Source: an uncultured Gemmatimonadales bacterium
GTDB lineage: Bacteria > Gemmatimonadota > Gemmatimonadetes > Gemmatimonadales > Gemmatimonadaceae
Reading direction: 5' to 3'
Assembly (NCBI GenBank): GCA_963850905.1
Contig: CAWKMU010000004.1
Location: 608,001 to 672,000, forward strand
DNA length: 64,000 nucleotides
In this document: one piece after another, positions 28,117 through 39,615 of the stretch
How the letters are laid out: each line of letters opens with the position of its first letter
Position numbering within the stretch: the stretch's first letter is position 1
The notes under the pieces: model-generated
What the model saw: only the letters and a program-made list of their open reading frames with translations
Told to the model about the DNA's origin: nothing
Database searches by the model: none
Translations under genes and position numbers: made by a program

Positions 28117-28647
28117 ATGGTGTACGCCACGATGACTCCAACCGCGCCGGTGTTCGGTTTGCGGCGCGAGATCGACAGGTTGTTCGAGGATGCGTTCCGA
28201 CTCGGGCACACGGGACGGGGTGACTGGAGCCCGGCCGTCAATGTCCGCGAGCTCGATCAAGAGTTGATTTTTACCATCGAAATTCCTGGCATGGTGGAGA
28301 AGCACGTCGAGGTAACGACGGAGAATGGGGTATTGACGGTGCGCGGCGAGCGGACCGAGGAGCGACTGGAGGCAGAGGATGGGCGCTATCACCTCGCTGA
28401 GCGCAGTTACGGGTCGTTTGTCCGCAGATTCCAACTGCCCCAAGGCGTCATGAACGAGGAGATCAAGGCCGACGTCGAGAACGGTCTGCTCACCATCCAT
28501 GTCCGGAAAGCGGCGCTGCCGCAGGCAAAGCAGATCAACATCACCGCGGGCATGAACGCGAGTAAGCACCCGCAGAAGGTCTTGGCTGATGTCGGGAGCC
28601 CCGTGGAGGCACCGACGAAGGCGAGCGGGACACTCCAGCCGAAGTAA
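28117..28647 (+). CDS. Hsp20/alpha-crystallin small heat-shock protein
   Basis: LRREIDRLF, WSPAVNV, ERSYGSFVRRFQLP and ENGLLTIHV; RBS GGGGAGG. Confidence 0.93.
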   Translation: MVYATMTPTAPVFGLRREIDRLFEDAFRLGHTGRGDWSPAVNVRELDQELIFTIEIPGMVEKHVEVTTENGVLTVRGERTEERLEAEDGRYHLAERSYGSFVRRFQLPQGVMNEEIKADVENGLLTIHVRKAALPQAKQINITAGMNASKHPQKVLADVGSPVEAPTKASGTLQPK

Positions 28648-28692
28648 ACGCCGGCCGCTGTGTCGACCCCGCCACTCGGCCCAGATGGTGGA

Positions 28693-28720
28693 ACGGCGCA
28701 GGCTCCTTAGCCTGCGCCGT
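28693..28720. terminator. Hairpin between convergent hsp20 and SPFH genes
   Basis: Perfect 12-bp stem ACGGCGCAGGCT-cctt-AGCCTGCGCCGT. Confidence 0.6.
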
Positions 28721-28834
28721 AGTATTTGCGGTGGTCCCCAATGGGTGACGGACAGCAACCAACGTCGCTACGCGCACCCACATGCCGACATCTACCCGCT
28801 GCGATCGACCTGCACCGCAGTCTGAAGTGCGTTG

Positions 28835-29653
28835 TCACGGCGAGGGGTCGCTGGGGCGCGTCGCCACCGCCCCAGGCACCGGACGCTGTCCCGGGTTGAG
28901 CAGGGCCGAGACACCCCCGAGCAGCTCGAGCGGCAGCGGGAACACGATGGTGGTGTTCTTCTCTGTCCCGATCTCGATCAGGGTCTGGAGATACCGCAGC
29001 GTGATGGCCGCTGGCTCCCGGTTCAACACCGCAGCCGCCTCCGCCAGCTTCGCGGACGCTTGGAACTCGCCTTCGGCCGCGATGATCTTGGCCCGTCGTT
29101 CGCGTTCCGCCTCGGCCTGGGCCGCAATGGCCCGCTGCATGTCCTGCGGCAAGTCCACTTGCTTCACCTGGACCTGTGTGACCTTGACGCCCCACGCCTC
29201 GGTGTGTTCGTCGAGGATCGCCTGTAGTCGGACGTTCAACTTTTCACGCTGTGAGAGGAGATCGTCCAACTCGACCTCCCCAAGTACCGAACGCAGCCCG
29301 GTTTGAGCCGCCTGTTCGACCGCATAGCGATAGCTTTCTACTTCGACGACTGCTCGTGTGGCGTTGGTTACCCGGAAGTAGACAACAGCATTCACCTTCA
29401 ATGACACGTTGTCCCGTGTGATGATGTCCTGCGGCGGTACCTCCCAGGTCACGACGCGGAGCGACACGCCGACGATCTTGTCGATCGGCCAAAGGATAAG
29501 GACGACGCCCGGCCCCTTCTCCTTTTGGAGTACCCGACCCAGCCGGAACACGACCGCCCGTTCGTATTCGCGGAAGATGTTCAGGCACTTGAATATCCAG
29601 GTCAGAAAAAGGAAGACGACAAACGCAAGCGGCGCAAGCACCGTGATGTCCAT
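28835..29653 (-). CDS. SPFH/stomatin (slipin) family protein
   Basis: [27 protein letters not shown] and [13 protein letters not shown]. Confidence 0.93.
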   Translation of the reverse strand: MDITVLAPLAFVVFLFLTWIFKCLNIFREYERAVVFRLGRVLQKEKGPGVVLILWPIDKIVGVSLRVVTWEVPPQDIITRDNVSLKVNAVVYFRVTNATRAVVEVESYRYAVEQAAQTGLRSVLGEVELDDLLSQREKLNVRLQAILDEHTEAWGVKVTQVQVKQVDLPQDMQRAIAAQAEAERERRAKIIAAEGEFQASAKLAEAAAVLNREPAAITLRYLQTLIEIGTEKNTTIVFPLPLELLGGVSALLNPGQRPVPGAVATRPSDPSP

Positions 29654-29777
29654 AGCGATTCTCCGTTGCTCCTCAGGATGACCGGCGAATGTCGCGACAA
29701 CGATCAGTTCCCCTTTCAGGATCAAACGTGGCTAACGGGATGGCGGAGCGCCATGCAGACGGGAGGCCGTAACTGGT

Positions 29778-30821
29778 ATGCGTAGGCCCTTCCTCGGATT
29801 TAGATCGCGGTCCCTGTTCCCAACGAACGCGATTGCCGTTGATCTCGGCACAGCGAATACGCTCATCTACGTGAAGGGCGAGGGCATCGTGCTCAACGAG
29901 CCGTCGGTCGTGGCGCTCGATCGCGAGTCCAGGAAGATCAAGGCCGTCGGGCTCGACGCCAAACGCATGCTCGGCCGCACCCCGGCTGGCGTGCTCGCCG
30001 TGCGACCCATGAAGGACGGCGTGATCGCCGACTTCGACGTCACCGAGCAGATGCTCCGCCACTTCCTGACGCTCGTCATTGGAAACCACGTATTAAAGAG
30101 AAAGCCTCGCGTCGTTGTGTGCGTCCCATCAGGAATTACGGAGGTGGAACGGCGTGCGGTCCGCGACGCTGCCCTCGGCGCCGGCGCGAGCGACGTGTTC
30201 ATGGTTGCCGAACCAATGGCCGCGGCGATCGGCGTCGGCCTCCCGGTGGAGACGCCGACCGGCAACATGGTGATCGACATCGGGGGTGGCACGACCGAGA
30301 TTGCGGTCATCGCGCTGTCCGGCATTGTCAGCAACACGTCGATCCGCGCAGGCGGCGATGAGCTCGACACGTCGATCGTGCAGTTCGTGCGCAGGAACTA
30401 CAACTTACTGATCGGCGAGCCCACAGCCGAGCTGATCAAGATGCAGATCGGATCGGCGGTGCCGGTGGGCGAAGAGCAGACGATGGAGGTCAAGGGGCGC
30501 GACCTCGTCTCGGGCATCCCGAAGACCGTCACTGTCCATTCCGCGGAAATCCGCGAGGCGATCCAGGAGTCGATTCAACAGATCGTCGACGCCGTCCGGC
30601 GCGCGCTCGAGATCACGCCGCCCGAGCTCGCGAGCGACATTGTCGATCGCGGAATGGTCTTGACCGGCGGCGGGGCATTGATCCGCGGGCTAGACCTGCT
30701 CCTGAGCCAGGAGACGAGCCTGCCGATCCACGTCGACGAGGACCCTCTGACGTGTGTCGTTCGCGGCGCTGGTCGCATACTGGACGACGAAGACAAGTAC
30801 TGGTCTCTTCTGAGCACTTGA
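29778..30821 (+). CDS. mreB: Rod shape-determining actin MreB (no mreC/mreD beside it)
   Basis: [34 protein letters not shown] and LTGGGAL. Confidence 0.95.
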   Translation: MRRPFLGFRSRSLFPTNAIAVDLGTANTLIYVKGEGIVLNEPSVVALDRESRKIKAVGLDAKRMLGRTPAGVLAVRPMKDGVIADFDVTEQMLRHFLTLVIGNHVLKRKPRVVVCVPSGITEVERRAVRDAALGAGASDVFMVAEPMAAAIGVGLPVETPTGNMVIDIGGGTTEIAVIALSGIVSNTSIRAGGDELDTSIVQFVRRNYNLLIGEPTAELIKMQIGSAVPVGEEQTMEVKGRDLVSGIPKTVTVHSAEIREAIQESIQQIVDAVRRALEITPPELASDIVDRGMVLTGGGALIRGLDLLLSQETSLPIHVDEDPLTCVVRGAGRILDDEDKYWSLLST

Positions 30822-30945
30822 ACCCTGAGCGTGCGTGGCCGCCAGAAGAATCGCAGGCATCGTGTCATTCCTCTTCGACTGCGATGGTCTTCAGGGCCTC
30901 AGGCAGTTCCGTTCCGACCCGGAATTCGCGACGTTGATGCGCGCT

Positions 30946-31452
30946 TCAGCCCGATCGTCGCGCGCGGACCTTAGCGAGCGTCCGAGTCCAGACCAGTTGC
31001 CACAGCGAGGCGCGCCGCGGCGGTCGGGCATTGCGCGTTGGCTCTCGCCCCGGATCTCCGAAGTGCTGTAATCGTGGCAAGCTGTCCATGGCGATTGCAC
31101 GCTGCGCGAGATAGTGCTCCAGAAGGGCGGCCTCCGCTCGTCGATGCCCGGTAGCCGGCTCGCCAGGGACCGCGGAGTCAGCCGCCGCGGCGGCATCCGA
31201 ATGACCCCGGTGAAAGAGTGTATCAATTGCATCGAGCGACGCGGCGGCTCGGCTGGCCTCGTCTTCGCCTCGGGCCAGCGCTCGCGTCAACACACCGAGC
31301 TCTTCGATCTCAGCCGGCGACCACGGGACGCGCCCGCGAGGCGGAAGGCTCAGATTCGGGAGAGCCGCCACGTATCCCTGCAGACGGATGGACAGATAGC
31401 GAAGGTCCCCTGCTGCTTCGCTCCATGCTCTGCGGTCGGCGGGCGACATCAC
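30946..31452 (-). CDS. Hypothetical helical protein, possibly degraded
   Basis: Ala/Leu/Glu-rich ORF with no recognised motif; the 3' end looks out of frame. Confidence 0.3.
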   Translation of the reverse strand: MMSPADRRAWSEAAGDLRYLSIRLQGYVAALPNLSLPPRGRVPWSPAEIEELGVLTRALARGEDEASRAAASLDAIDTLFHRGHSDAAAAADSAVPGEPATGHRRAEAALLEHYLAQRAIAMDSLPRLQHFGDPGREPTRNARPPRRASLWQLVWTRTLAKVRARRSG

Positions 31453-31623
31453 GACCGAACGGGACGCAGGGTCCGCATAGTGATCTGCTCATCTGAGGTG
31501 CGAGACATCGACAACCTACGAGAGTCCATCCTCTCTATTGCAGAATAGCACAATGCGCGCGTGTGGGCTCGACAACGTGGCGCAACTGACTCCGGCATGG
31601 TACGGTCGTGTGGGGACAAGGGA

Positions 31624-31652
31624 AGACGGGGGCCGGTAACCGGGCCCCCGTC
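31624..31652 (-). terminator. Stem-loop downstream of groEL
   Basis: AGACGGGGGCC...GGCCCCCGTCT, about 25 bp after the groEL stop. Confidence 0.65.
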
Positions 31653-31677
31653 TCAACTATCGCGCTGAGCACATTTC

Positions 31678-33327
<1,650 letters not shown>

Positions 33328-33344
33328 TCACTCGTGGGGTGGGT

Positions 33345-33653
33345 TTAGCTGATGACCGCGAGTACGTCCGACTCGCGAAGGATGAGCAGCGGTTCATTGT
33401 CGATGGTGACTTCGGTGCCGCTGTATTTCCCATAGAGGATCCTGTCGCCGACCTTGACCTCCATGGGCACGCGCGTCCCTTCGTCGAAGCGGCCCGGCCC
33501 GGCGGCGACGATCTCGCCCTGCTGGGGCTTCTCCTTGGCTGTATCCGGGATATAGAGCCCGCCACGCTTCTGCTCCGTTTCTTCCATTGCCTTCACGACG
33601 ACCCGGTCTGCCAATGGACCGAGCCGGGTGGCGGTCGCACTTTTTGTCGCCAT
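33345..33653 (-). CDS. groES: Co-chaperonin GroES
   Basis: [21 protein letters not shown] and YGKYSGTEV. Confidence 0.98.
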   Translation of the reverse strand: MATKSATATRLGPLADRVVVKAMEETEQKRGGLYIPDTAKEKPQQGEIVAAGPGRFDEGTRVPMEVKVGDRILYGKYSGTEVTIDNEPLLILRESDVLAVIS

Positions 33654-33706
33654 GACGATCCCTCTCTCCGTGCTGATGGGCCTTGGGGAACCAACTCATT
33701 CTACCG

Positions 33707-33733
33707 TTAGCACTCATCGATGCTGAGTGCTAA
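33707..33733. promoter_or_regulatory. CIRCE element (HrcA operator)
   Basis: Perfect TTAGCACTC-N9-GAGTGCTAA upstream of groES. Confidence 0.97.
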
Positions 33734-33741
33734 CAAAGAGG

Positions 33742-33770
33742 AGTATACCCCACGCCGCGCACAGCGTCAA
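33742..33770 (-). promoter_or_regulatory. sigma70 promoter of groESL
   Basis: TTGACG-17-TATACT on the minus strand, immediately upstream of CIRCE. Confidence 0.8.
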
Positions 33771-34001
33771 TAGCTAAATCGCGTTGCCACAAATATTTAT
33801 ACGGATGGTAACGGACACGAGTACGACCGAGCCTCCCTTTGCTCTTCACCATCTCGTGGCTGTTCCGGCTGCCGATCGAAGGGAGCTTCACCCCGGACGC
33901 TCCCGAAGGACGCGACAAATGACCGTCGCCAGCAGCCGTCTCATGCCGGTCGACCTAGACTAAAAGGCCAGCGTCTTTCACCGCGGACGGGAGGCAGCAG
34001 T

Positions 34002-34637
34002 ATGGCTCAAAGAATCGACGACTCAGCGTTGGACACACTCTTTCGTGAAGCGCGTACCTACACGGCGTGGCAGTCGCGACCGGTGGCCGATCAGACGATC
34101 CGGGATCTCTACGACCTTCTCAAGTGGGCGCCGACGAGCGCGAACGCCGAACCGGCGCGGTTTGCGTTTCTTCGGTCGAAGGAGGCCAAAGAACGGCTCC
34201 GTCCGGCGCTGGCCCCGGGCAATGTCGAGAAGACGATGACGGCTCCGGTTACCGTGATCGTGGCGTATGACCTCAAATTCTACGAGCAACTGCCCAAGCT
34301 GTTCCCGCATAGCCCGGGCATGAAGGGGCTGTTTGAGAGTAATCCCCAGTTCGTCGAGGCGACCGCCAAGCGGAATTCCAGCTTGCAGGGCGCATACCTG
34401 ATCCTGGCCGCACGGGCGCTCGGCCTCGATTGCGGGCCGATGTCCGGCTTCGATAACGCCAAGGTGGACGAGGAGTTCTTTGCCGCCGGGAAGCCGTGTT
34501 TCGGCTGCGATCAGGAATTCTTTCCTGAAGGGCACGTCAAGTCGAATTTCCTCTGCAACCTTGGGTACGGTGATCCAAGTACGTTGCTCCCTCGACTTCC
34601 ACGTTTGCCGTTCAACGAGGTGTGTTCCCTCCTATAG
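34002..34637 (+). CDS. Malonic semialdehyde reductase / RutE-like nitroreductase
   Basis: [33 protein letters not shown] and [10 protein letters not shown]. Confidence 0.92.
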   Translation: MAQRIDDSALDTLFREARTYTAWQSRPVADQTIRDLYDLLKWAPTSANAEPARFAFLRSKEAKERLRPALAPGNVEKTMTAPVTVIVAYDLKFYEQLPKLFPHSPGMKGLFESNPQFVEATAKRNSSLQGAYLILAARALGLDCGPMSGFDNAKVDEEFFAAGKPCFGCDQEFFPEGHVKSNFLCNLGYGDPSTLLPRLPRLPFNEVCSLL

Positions 34638-34685
34638 TCCCGTGGGCGAAGGGCGTGGCGCCCACCTACATCTCGTCGGCATTCC

Positions 34686-36197
34686 TCAAATCGGCACTGC
34701 CGCCGCAGACGCTGAAAGACTCGGCATCGATAACGTAGGGGATGACGTCATCCTGAAACTGATTGGGACCCGGGCCCGGATCGTTGTTCCACTGTGTGGC
34801 GTCGAGGTGATGAAAAGCTGCCCGCCTACCGCGGCCAGTCGTTCCTTCATGCTCGTCAGGCCAAGACCCCGCGCGCGGACAGCCTCGTCTGCTCGAAACC
34901 CGATCCCCGAATCACGCACCGCCAGCTCGATCGCGTCGTCCCCACCCTTGAGTGTGACTTCGAACGAGCGCGAGCCACTGTGTCGGATCGCGTTCTGAAG
35001 AGATTCCTGCAGCACGCGGTACAGGCACAAAGACTGCTCGTTCGATAGGTCTGGCGGGACGTTTTCGGAGTGATAGTCAACCTGCGCCTGCTCTCGATCG
35101 GCGAATTCGCGACAAAAACTGGGTGCTGCTGCGGCAAGCCCCAACAGCTCCAGCTTCGCGGAGTGTAGCCGGTGTGCCAGAGCCTGAACGTCTCTCCCAA
35201 GATCACCGAGTTGCGCGCTCACTGCCTCGATCTGCCTTACTAGATCAGGCGACGAGTCGGGAAGCCTCTGCTTCATGCCATCGAGCTGCACCGCCAGCAT
35301 GGCGAGTCGCTGATTGATGTCGTCGTGAAGCTCTCGGGCAATACGCGCGCGCTCTTCTTCCTGCGCTTGAATCAACCGACGGTGTACGGTCGAAAGAGCC
35401 TCCTGCGCGAGTTTGTGGTCGGTGATGTCGATGCACGATCCAATGTAGCCGGCGAAAGCGCCGTCCGCGAGGAATCTCGGTACTCCTACGTCCAAGACCC
35501 AGCGGTATTCCCCATCATGCCTCCGAAGACGGCACTCCTTCCTGAGAGGCTGTCGAGCATCAAATGCCGTGTAGTAGAGGATGCGGCACTGCTCGAAATC
35601 GTCAGGGTGCGTAACCGTGGCCAACCCCGATCGAAGCTCCGTCTCGAGGGTTCGGCCGGTAAAGTCCAGCCAGGTCTGGTTGAAATAGGTAGGCCGTTTG
35701 TCGGTCCCGGACATCCAAATCATCACGGGAGCCCCATTGGCCATTAGCCGGAAGCGCTCTTCGCTCTCCCGCTGACGCGCCTCTGCCAGCTTGCGTTCCG
35801 TGACGTCATGGAGAATACAGGCGACTCGATCAATGCCGTTGGCGCCCTCGATAGGAAAGTACGAGACCAAGAGCTCTCGCTCGCCCACCAACGGATACGT
35901 GTCTCTCTTCTCGTACCTGACGACCTTGCCTTGAAAGCATTCGTCCAGTCGCTCCTTGACCACTGTCTCAAACATTTCTTTGCCCAAGACATCGTAGACG
36001 AAGCGACCGACCACTTCCTCCTTCGTCGCCTGGCGCATCTGCAACAACCTGGCATTCGCGCTCAGATACCGGTACTCTCGGTCAACGACCAAGATCATCT
36101 CTTCCGCGCCTTCCACCGCCCTTTGGTATTCCTGCAGCCTGCTTGCAGCGAACTCGAGGGCGGTCACGTCACGGCTTTGTCGTTTCATGGTATTCAA
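34686..36197 (-). CDS. PAS-PAS sensor histidine kinase (HisKA_3 type)
   Basis: EERARIARELHDDINQ, QESLQNAIRHS, DSGIGF and GLGLTSMKER. Confidence 0.92.
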   Translation of the reverse strand: MNTMKRQSRDVTALEFAASRLQEYQRAVEGAEEMILVVDREYRYLSANARLLQMRQATKEEVVGRFVYDVLGKEMFETVVKERLDECFQGKVVRYEKRDTYPLVGERELLVSYFPIEGANGIDRVACILHDVTERKLAEARQRESEERFRLMANGAPVMIWMSGTDKRPTYFNQTWLDFTGRTLETELRSGLATVTHPDDFEQCRILYYTAFDARQPLRKECRLRRHDGEYRWVLDVGVPRFLADGAFAGYIGSCIDITDHKLAQEALSTVHRRLIQAQEEERARIARELHDDINQRLAMLAVQLDGMKQRLPDSSPDLVRQIEAVSAQLGDLGRDVQALAHRLHSAKLELLGLAAAAPSFCREFADREQAQVDYHSENVPPDLSNEQSLCLYRVLQESLQNAIRHSGSRSFEVTLKGGDDAIELAVRDSGIGFRADEAVRARGLGLTSMKERLAAVGGQLFITSTPHSGTTIRARVPISFRMTSSPTLSMPSLSASAAAVPI

Positions 36198-36230
36198 TGC
36201 GAGGTGGCATATAGGGCCTTCGCAATGCGT

Positions 36231-37154
36231 TCACCGGGAATACACGGCCACGTGCTCGGCACAAATATGCCGGAGCGTGGAATCGTCTGCTCTACCTCCG
36301 AGCGCCGGGTACGGGCACAGAATGTCTACGGCATGGCCGGCGATCAAGGTGTTACCCAACTGCTCGAGCCCAATCGCCTCCTCCGTTTTGCCTCCTGCCC
36401 ACAAGCGACCTGCCCGCTCGGCCCAAATGACAACACGGGGTTGCTCGTTCCCTTGTCTCGAGACTGCGTCTCTCAGTCTTGTGACCGTCTCGGGAAATCG
36501 CACCGGGTTCGGTGGCTCATCCGCGTTCCACGCGACACATGTTCCTCCATCGATGGCCGCGCCGATATCCACGCCGCGTCCGGCCAATCGCTGGAACGCC
36601 TGGTCGCGGTGAGCGTCGGTAATCCATAGGAGAGCCGCGTTCCCCGCTTCGAGGCTTGCGGCAACAGAACGAGTCAGATTCTCCAGATGAACCTCCTCGT
36701 TAGAGCAGAGAAGCAACTCGTGGCGATAGCGCGCCCGAGGTTCCATGATCTCAACGAAGTCCAGACCTTTGCCAACGAACCGTGCGCCCGCAAGGATGCT
36801 GTTGACGGCGACGAACAGCTCGATTTGGGCGCGCGACTTCAGAACGTACCCCGATACGCCGGCGATCAGCGCCTCACGCAGCACGTCACCGGACGACTCT
36901 TGGCTCACCACCAGGATTCTGGAATGCGGAGCCAGTTCACGCATGCGGCGGGCGGCCTCCAGACCATAGAGCTTGGGCAAGCCGAGATCAAGTAGAACCA
37001 CATCCGGTTGCAGCTCTCTGACCTTCGCGACCGCTTCCAATCCATCTGCCGCCTCGCCTGCGACTCGAAACTCTGGCCTGCGCTGAAACGACGAACAAAT
37101 GAATCGGCGGAACTGTTCGTGGTCCTCGACGACCAGAATAGTCACCGGAACCAT
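36231..37154 (-). CDS. Response regulator with REC and a C-terminal MEDS-like domain
   Basis: ILVVEDH and DVVLLDLGLP. The C-terminal half (HELLL.., LWAGGKTEEAIGLEQL, ILCPYP, ICAEH) is MEDS-like and has no HTH. Confidence 0.8.
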   Translation of the reverse strand: MVPVTILVVEDHEQFRRFICSSFQRRPEFRVAGEAADGLEAVAKVRELQPDVVLLDLGLPKLYGLEAARRMRELAPHSRILVVSQESSGDVLREALIAGVSGYVLKSRAQIELFVAVNSILAGARFVGKGLDFVEIMEPRARYRHELLLCSNEEVHLENLTRSVAASLEAGNAALLWITDAHRDQAFQRLAGRGVDIGAAIDGGTCVAWNADEPPNPVRFPETVTRLRDAVSRQGNEQPRVVIWAERAGRLWAGGKTEEAIGLEQLGNTLIAGHAVDILCPYPALGGRADDSTLRHICAEHVAVYSR

Positions 37155-37587
37155 CGAACGTCCATCAGCAGGCCGTTTGGGCTCACGGGGTCGTGCCGGA
37201 GCCTAGTCCGTTCGAATGGCCACCAAATCACCAGTTCGATTCTCCAAGAAGACGAGGGAAGAACGCGTAGTGGCCACGAATCCTCGACAGTCGATCTCGC
37301 CACATCGTTGGCACACGCTGGGGTCTTTGCTGTAATACGTCCAATGGATGCCACGGGCAACCCAACCGGTCTACGAGGCCAGGCTTCAGCTGGTGGGTGA
37401 AACGCCGCCGCGTAGGCTGGACGGCACCCCAGCAGGCGCGACCAAGCCCTATATCTCAGCCTTACAGGGATCGGATCGCGTACTTATTGAGGAGCTAGGT
37501 ACTATGTAGGCACCCACGTGTGGTACAATGCGAGGAAGCCCCCCCGTTAGGTCATTGGAGAAGCCATAAATCAGGAAGGGAGCGCTG

Positions 37588-38655
37588 ATGCCGCGTCCAC
37601 ACGATGATATGACCGCCGATCCGCTGCACAATGTTGCGCTCCAGTTGGTCTCGGGGGGACGCGGGCTGCTCGCCGCCGACGAAAGTGTCGGGACGGCCAA
37701 CCGGCGCTTCGCACCGCTCGGAATTCCACAGACCGAGGCAATGCGCCGTGCGTATCGAGAAGTCTTGTTCACGGCGCCGGACCTGGGGCGCTACATCAAT
37801 GGCGTGATTCTCTTCGACGAGACCATCCGTCAGAATCGCAGCGATGGCGTGAGCTTCGTTCGGACGTTGCAAGACGGCGGGATGATCCCCGGGATCAAGC
37901 CGGATAAGGGCACAGTCGATCTCGCCTTGCACCCGGGCGAACAGGTAACGGAGGGGCTCGACGGACTGGCCGCCAGGGTCGCTGAGTATGTCCGGCTGGG
38001 AGCGAAGTTCGCCAAATGGCGCGCTGTCGTCTCGATCGGCCCTGGCACGCCGACGGATGGCGCACTGCACGCAAACGCGCACGCCCTCGCGCGGTATGCA
38101 GCCATTTGCCAGGCGGGCGGACTCGCTCCGATCGTGGAGTGTGAAGTTCTGATGGACGGCGGCCGTACGCATACCATCGAGCAGTCGTTCGTCGCACACG
38201 AGCGCGCGCTCCGGTCCGTGTTCGACGCGTTGGCCGATCAGGGCGTCGCGCTCGAGCGCATGCTGCTCAAGCCGAGCATGGTCATACCAGGCGAGAAATC
38301 CGCCCAGGTGGTGAGCGCGAACGACGTCGCCACCGCCACGTTGCAATGCTTCGAGCGCTGGGTGCCGGCGGCCGTGGTCGGCATCGCGTTTCTCTCCGGT
38401 GGTCAGGGGCCCGAAGCAGCAACGGCAAACCTCAACGAGATCAATCGCGTCGCACAGAACGAACGCGTGCCATGGCCACTGACGTTCTCATACAGCCGTG
38501 CGCTGGAGCAGCCGGCGCTTGCCGCATGGAACGGAAATGACGCAAACACGGGGCGCGCGCAGCGAGAGTTGCTCAAGCGCGCCAGGTTGAACTCGCTGGC
38601 GGCACAAGGGAAGTATGAGCCGAATATGGAGGCCGACTCGACAACAACCCTCTAA
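37588..38655 (+). CDS. Class I fructose-bisphosphate aldolase (glycolytic, eukaryote-like type)
   Basis: GLLAADES, ILFDET, FAKWRAV, LLKPSMV, FLSGGQ and LTFSYSRAL. Confidence 0.95.
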   Translation: MPRPHDDMTADPLHNVALQLVSGGRGLLAADESVGTANRRFAPLGIPQTEAMRRAYREVLFTAPDLGRYINGVILFDETIRQNRSDGVSFVRTLQDGGMIPGIKPDKGTVDLALHPGEQVTEGLDGLAARVAEYVRLGAKFAKWRAVVSIGPGTPTDGALHANAHALARYAAICQAGGLAPIVECEVLMDGGRTHTIEQSFVAHERALRSVFDALADQGVALERMLLKPSMVIPGEKSAQVVSANDVATATLQCFERWVPAAVVGIAFLSGGQGPEAATANLNEINRVAQNERVPWPLTFSYSRALEQPALAAWNGNDANTGRAQRELLKRARLNSLAAQGKYEPNMEADSTTTL

Positions 38656-39610
38656 GGAGCGATCGACGAAGACGCGCCCATCCTCAGCCGTTTGGGATGT
38701 CCCCTGCGACACCCGAGAAGCCGTCGTCGGAACCGGCGACCGGTCCGTGCATTTGACGAACCTCGACAAAGTCTTCTGGCCGCGACTGGGAACGACGAAA
38801 GGCGACCTACTCAGATACTACGTCGCCGTCGCCCCGGCGCTTGTGCCTCACCTGGTTGGTCGCGCCATGGTAATGAAGCGGTATCCGCACGGCATTGACG
38901 GTCCGTTCTTCTTCATGAAGCGCACGCCGACACCGCGCCCCAGCTGGCTCTCAATGTGCTCCATTCGACACGCGTCCGGAAACGTCATTGACTTTCCCAT
39001 CGTTGATGACCCAGCCGCGCTCCTCTGGATGGTCAACCTGGGCTGTATCGACCTCAATCCGTGGTACGCACGGTGTGACGACGTGGATCGGCCGGATTAT
39101 CTGCACTTCGATCTCGACCCGACCCCGCGCACGCCGTTTGCGCTGGTACGGGAGGCAGCGCTGCTAGTCCGTGACGCGCTCGCAGAGCAGGGCATGCCTG
39201 CCTTCCCCAAGACTACGGGATCTCGCGGAGTGCACATCTACGTTCCGATCCGCAGAGGGCCCACGCAAAAGACCGTGTGGACAGTTGCCAAGGAGCTCGC
39301 GCGCACCCTGGCTGCGCAAGTACCGCGCGTGCTCACCGCGGAGTATCGCGTTGCACGCCGTCCCCAGCGGCGCGTACTGATAGACTACAATCAGAACGCG
39401 TGGGGGCGGACCTTGGCGTCGGTGTATTCGGTCCGGCCGACACCCTTGGCGACGGTGTCGACCCCAGTGACGTGGGAAGAAATGGAAGCCGGCGTGGAGA
39501 CTGAGGACTTTCGTCTCTCCAACGTTCCCGAACGCGTCCGCGCGCTGGGAGATCTCTGGGCCGATGTGGACCGGCCAGGCGGGCGCTTCGACCTTCGACG
39601 GGTGGTCTGA
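38615..39610 (+). CDS. Stand-alone LigD polymerase domain (AEP primase-polymerase, Prim-PolC-like); start uncertain
   Basis: LTNLDKVFWP, KRYPHG, FDLDP, KTTGSRGVHI and IDYNQN. Confidence 0.9.
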   Translation: MSRIWRPTRQQPSKERSTKTRPSSAVWDVPCDTREAVVGTGDRSVHLTNLDKVFWPRLGTTKGDLLRYYVAVAPALVPHLVGRAMVMKRYPHGIDGPFFFMKRTPTPRPSWLSMCSIRHASGNVIDFPIVDDPAALLWMVNLGCIDLNPWYARCDDVDRPDYLHFDLDPTPRTPFALVREAALLVRDALAEQGMPAFPKTTGSRGVHIYVPIRRGPTQKTVWTVAKELARTLAAQVPRVLTAEYRVARRPQRRVLIDYNQNAWGRTLASVYSVRPTPLATVSTPVTWEEMEAGVETEDFRLSNVPERVRALGDLWADVDRPGGRFDLRRVV

Positions 39611-39615
39611 CGCGA

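Noticed and set aside
33830..33922. Peptide [19 protein letters not shown], possibly an ABC-2 permease scrap
   Set aside because: Too short to support without a search.
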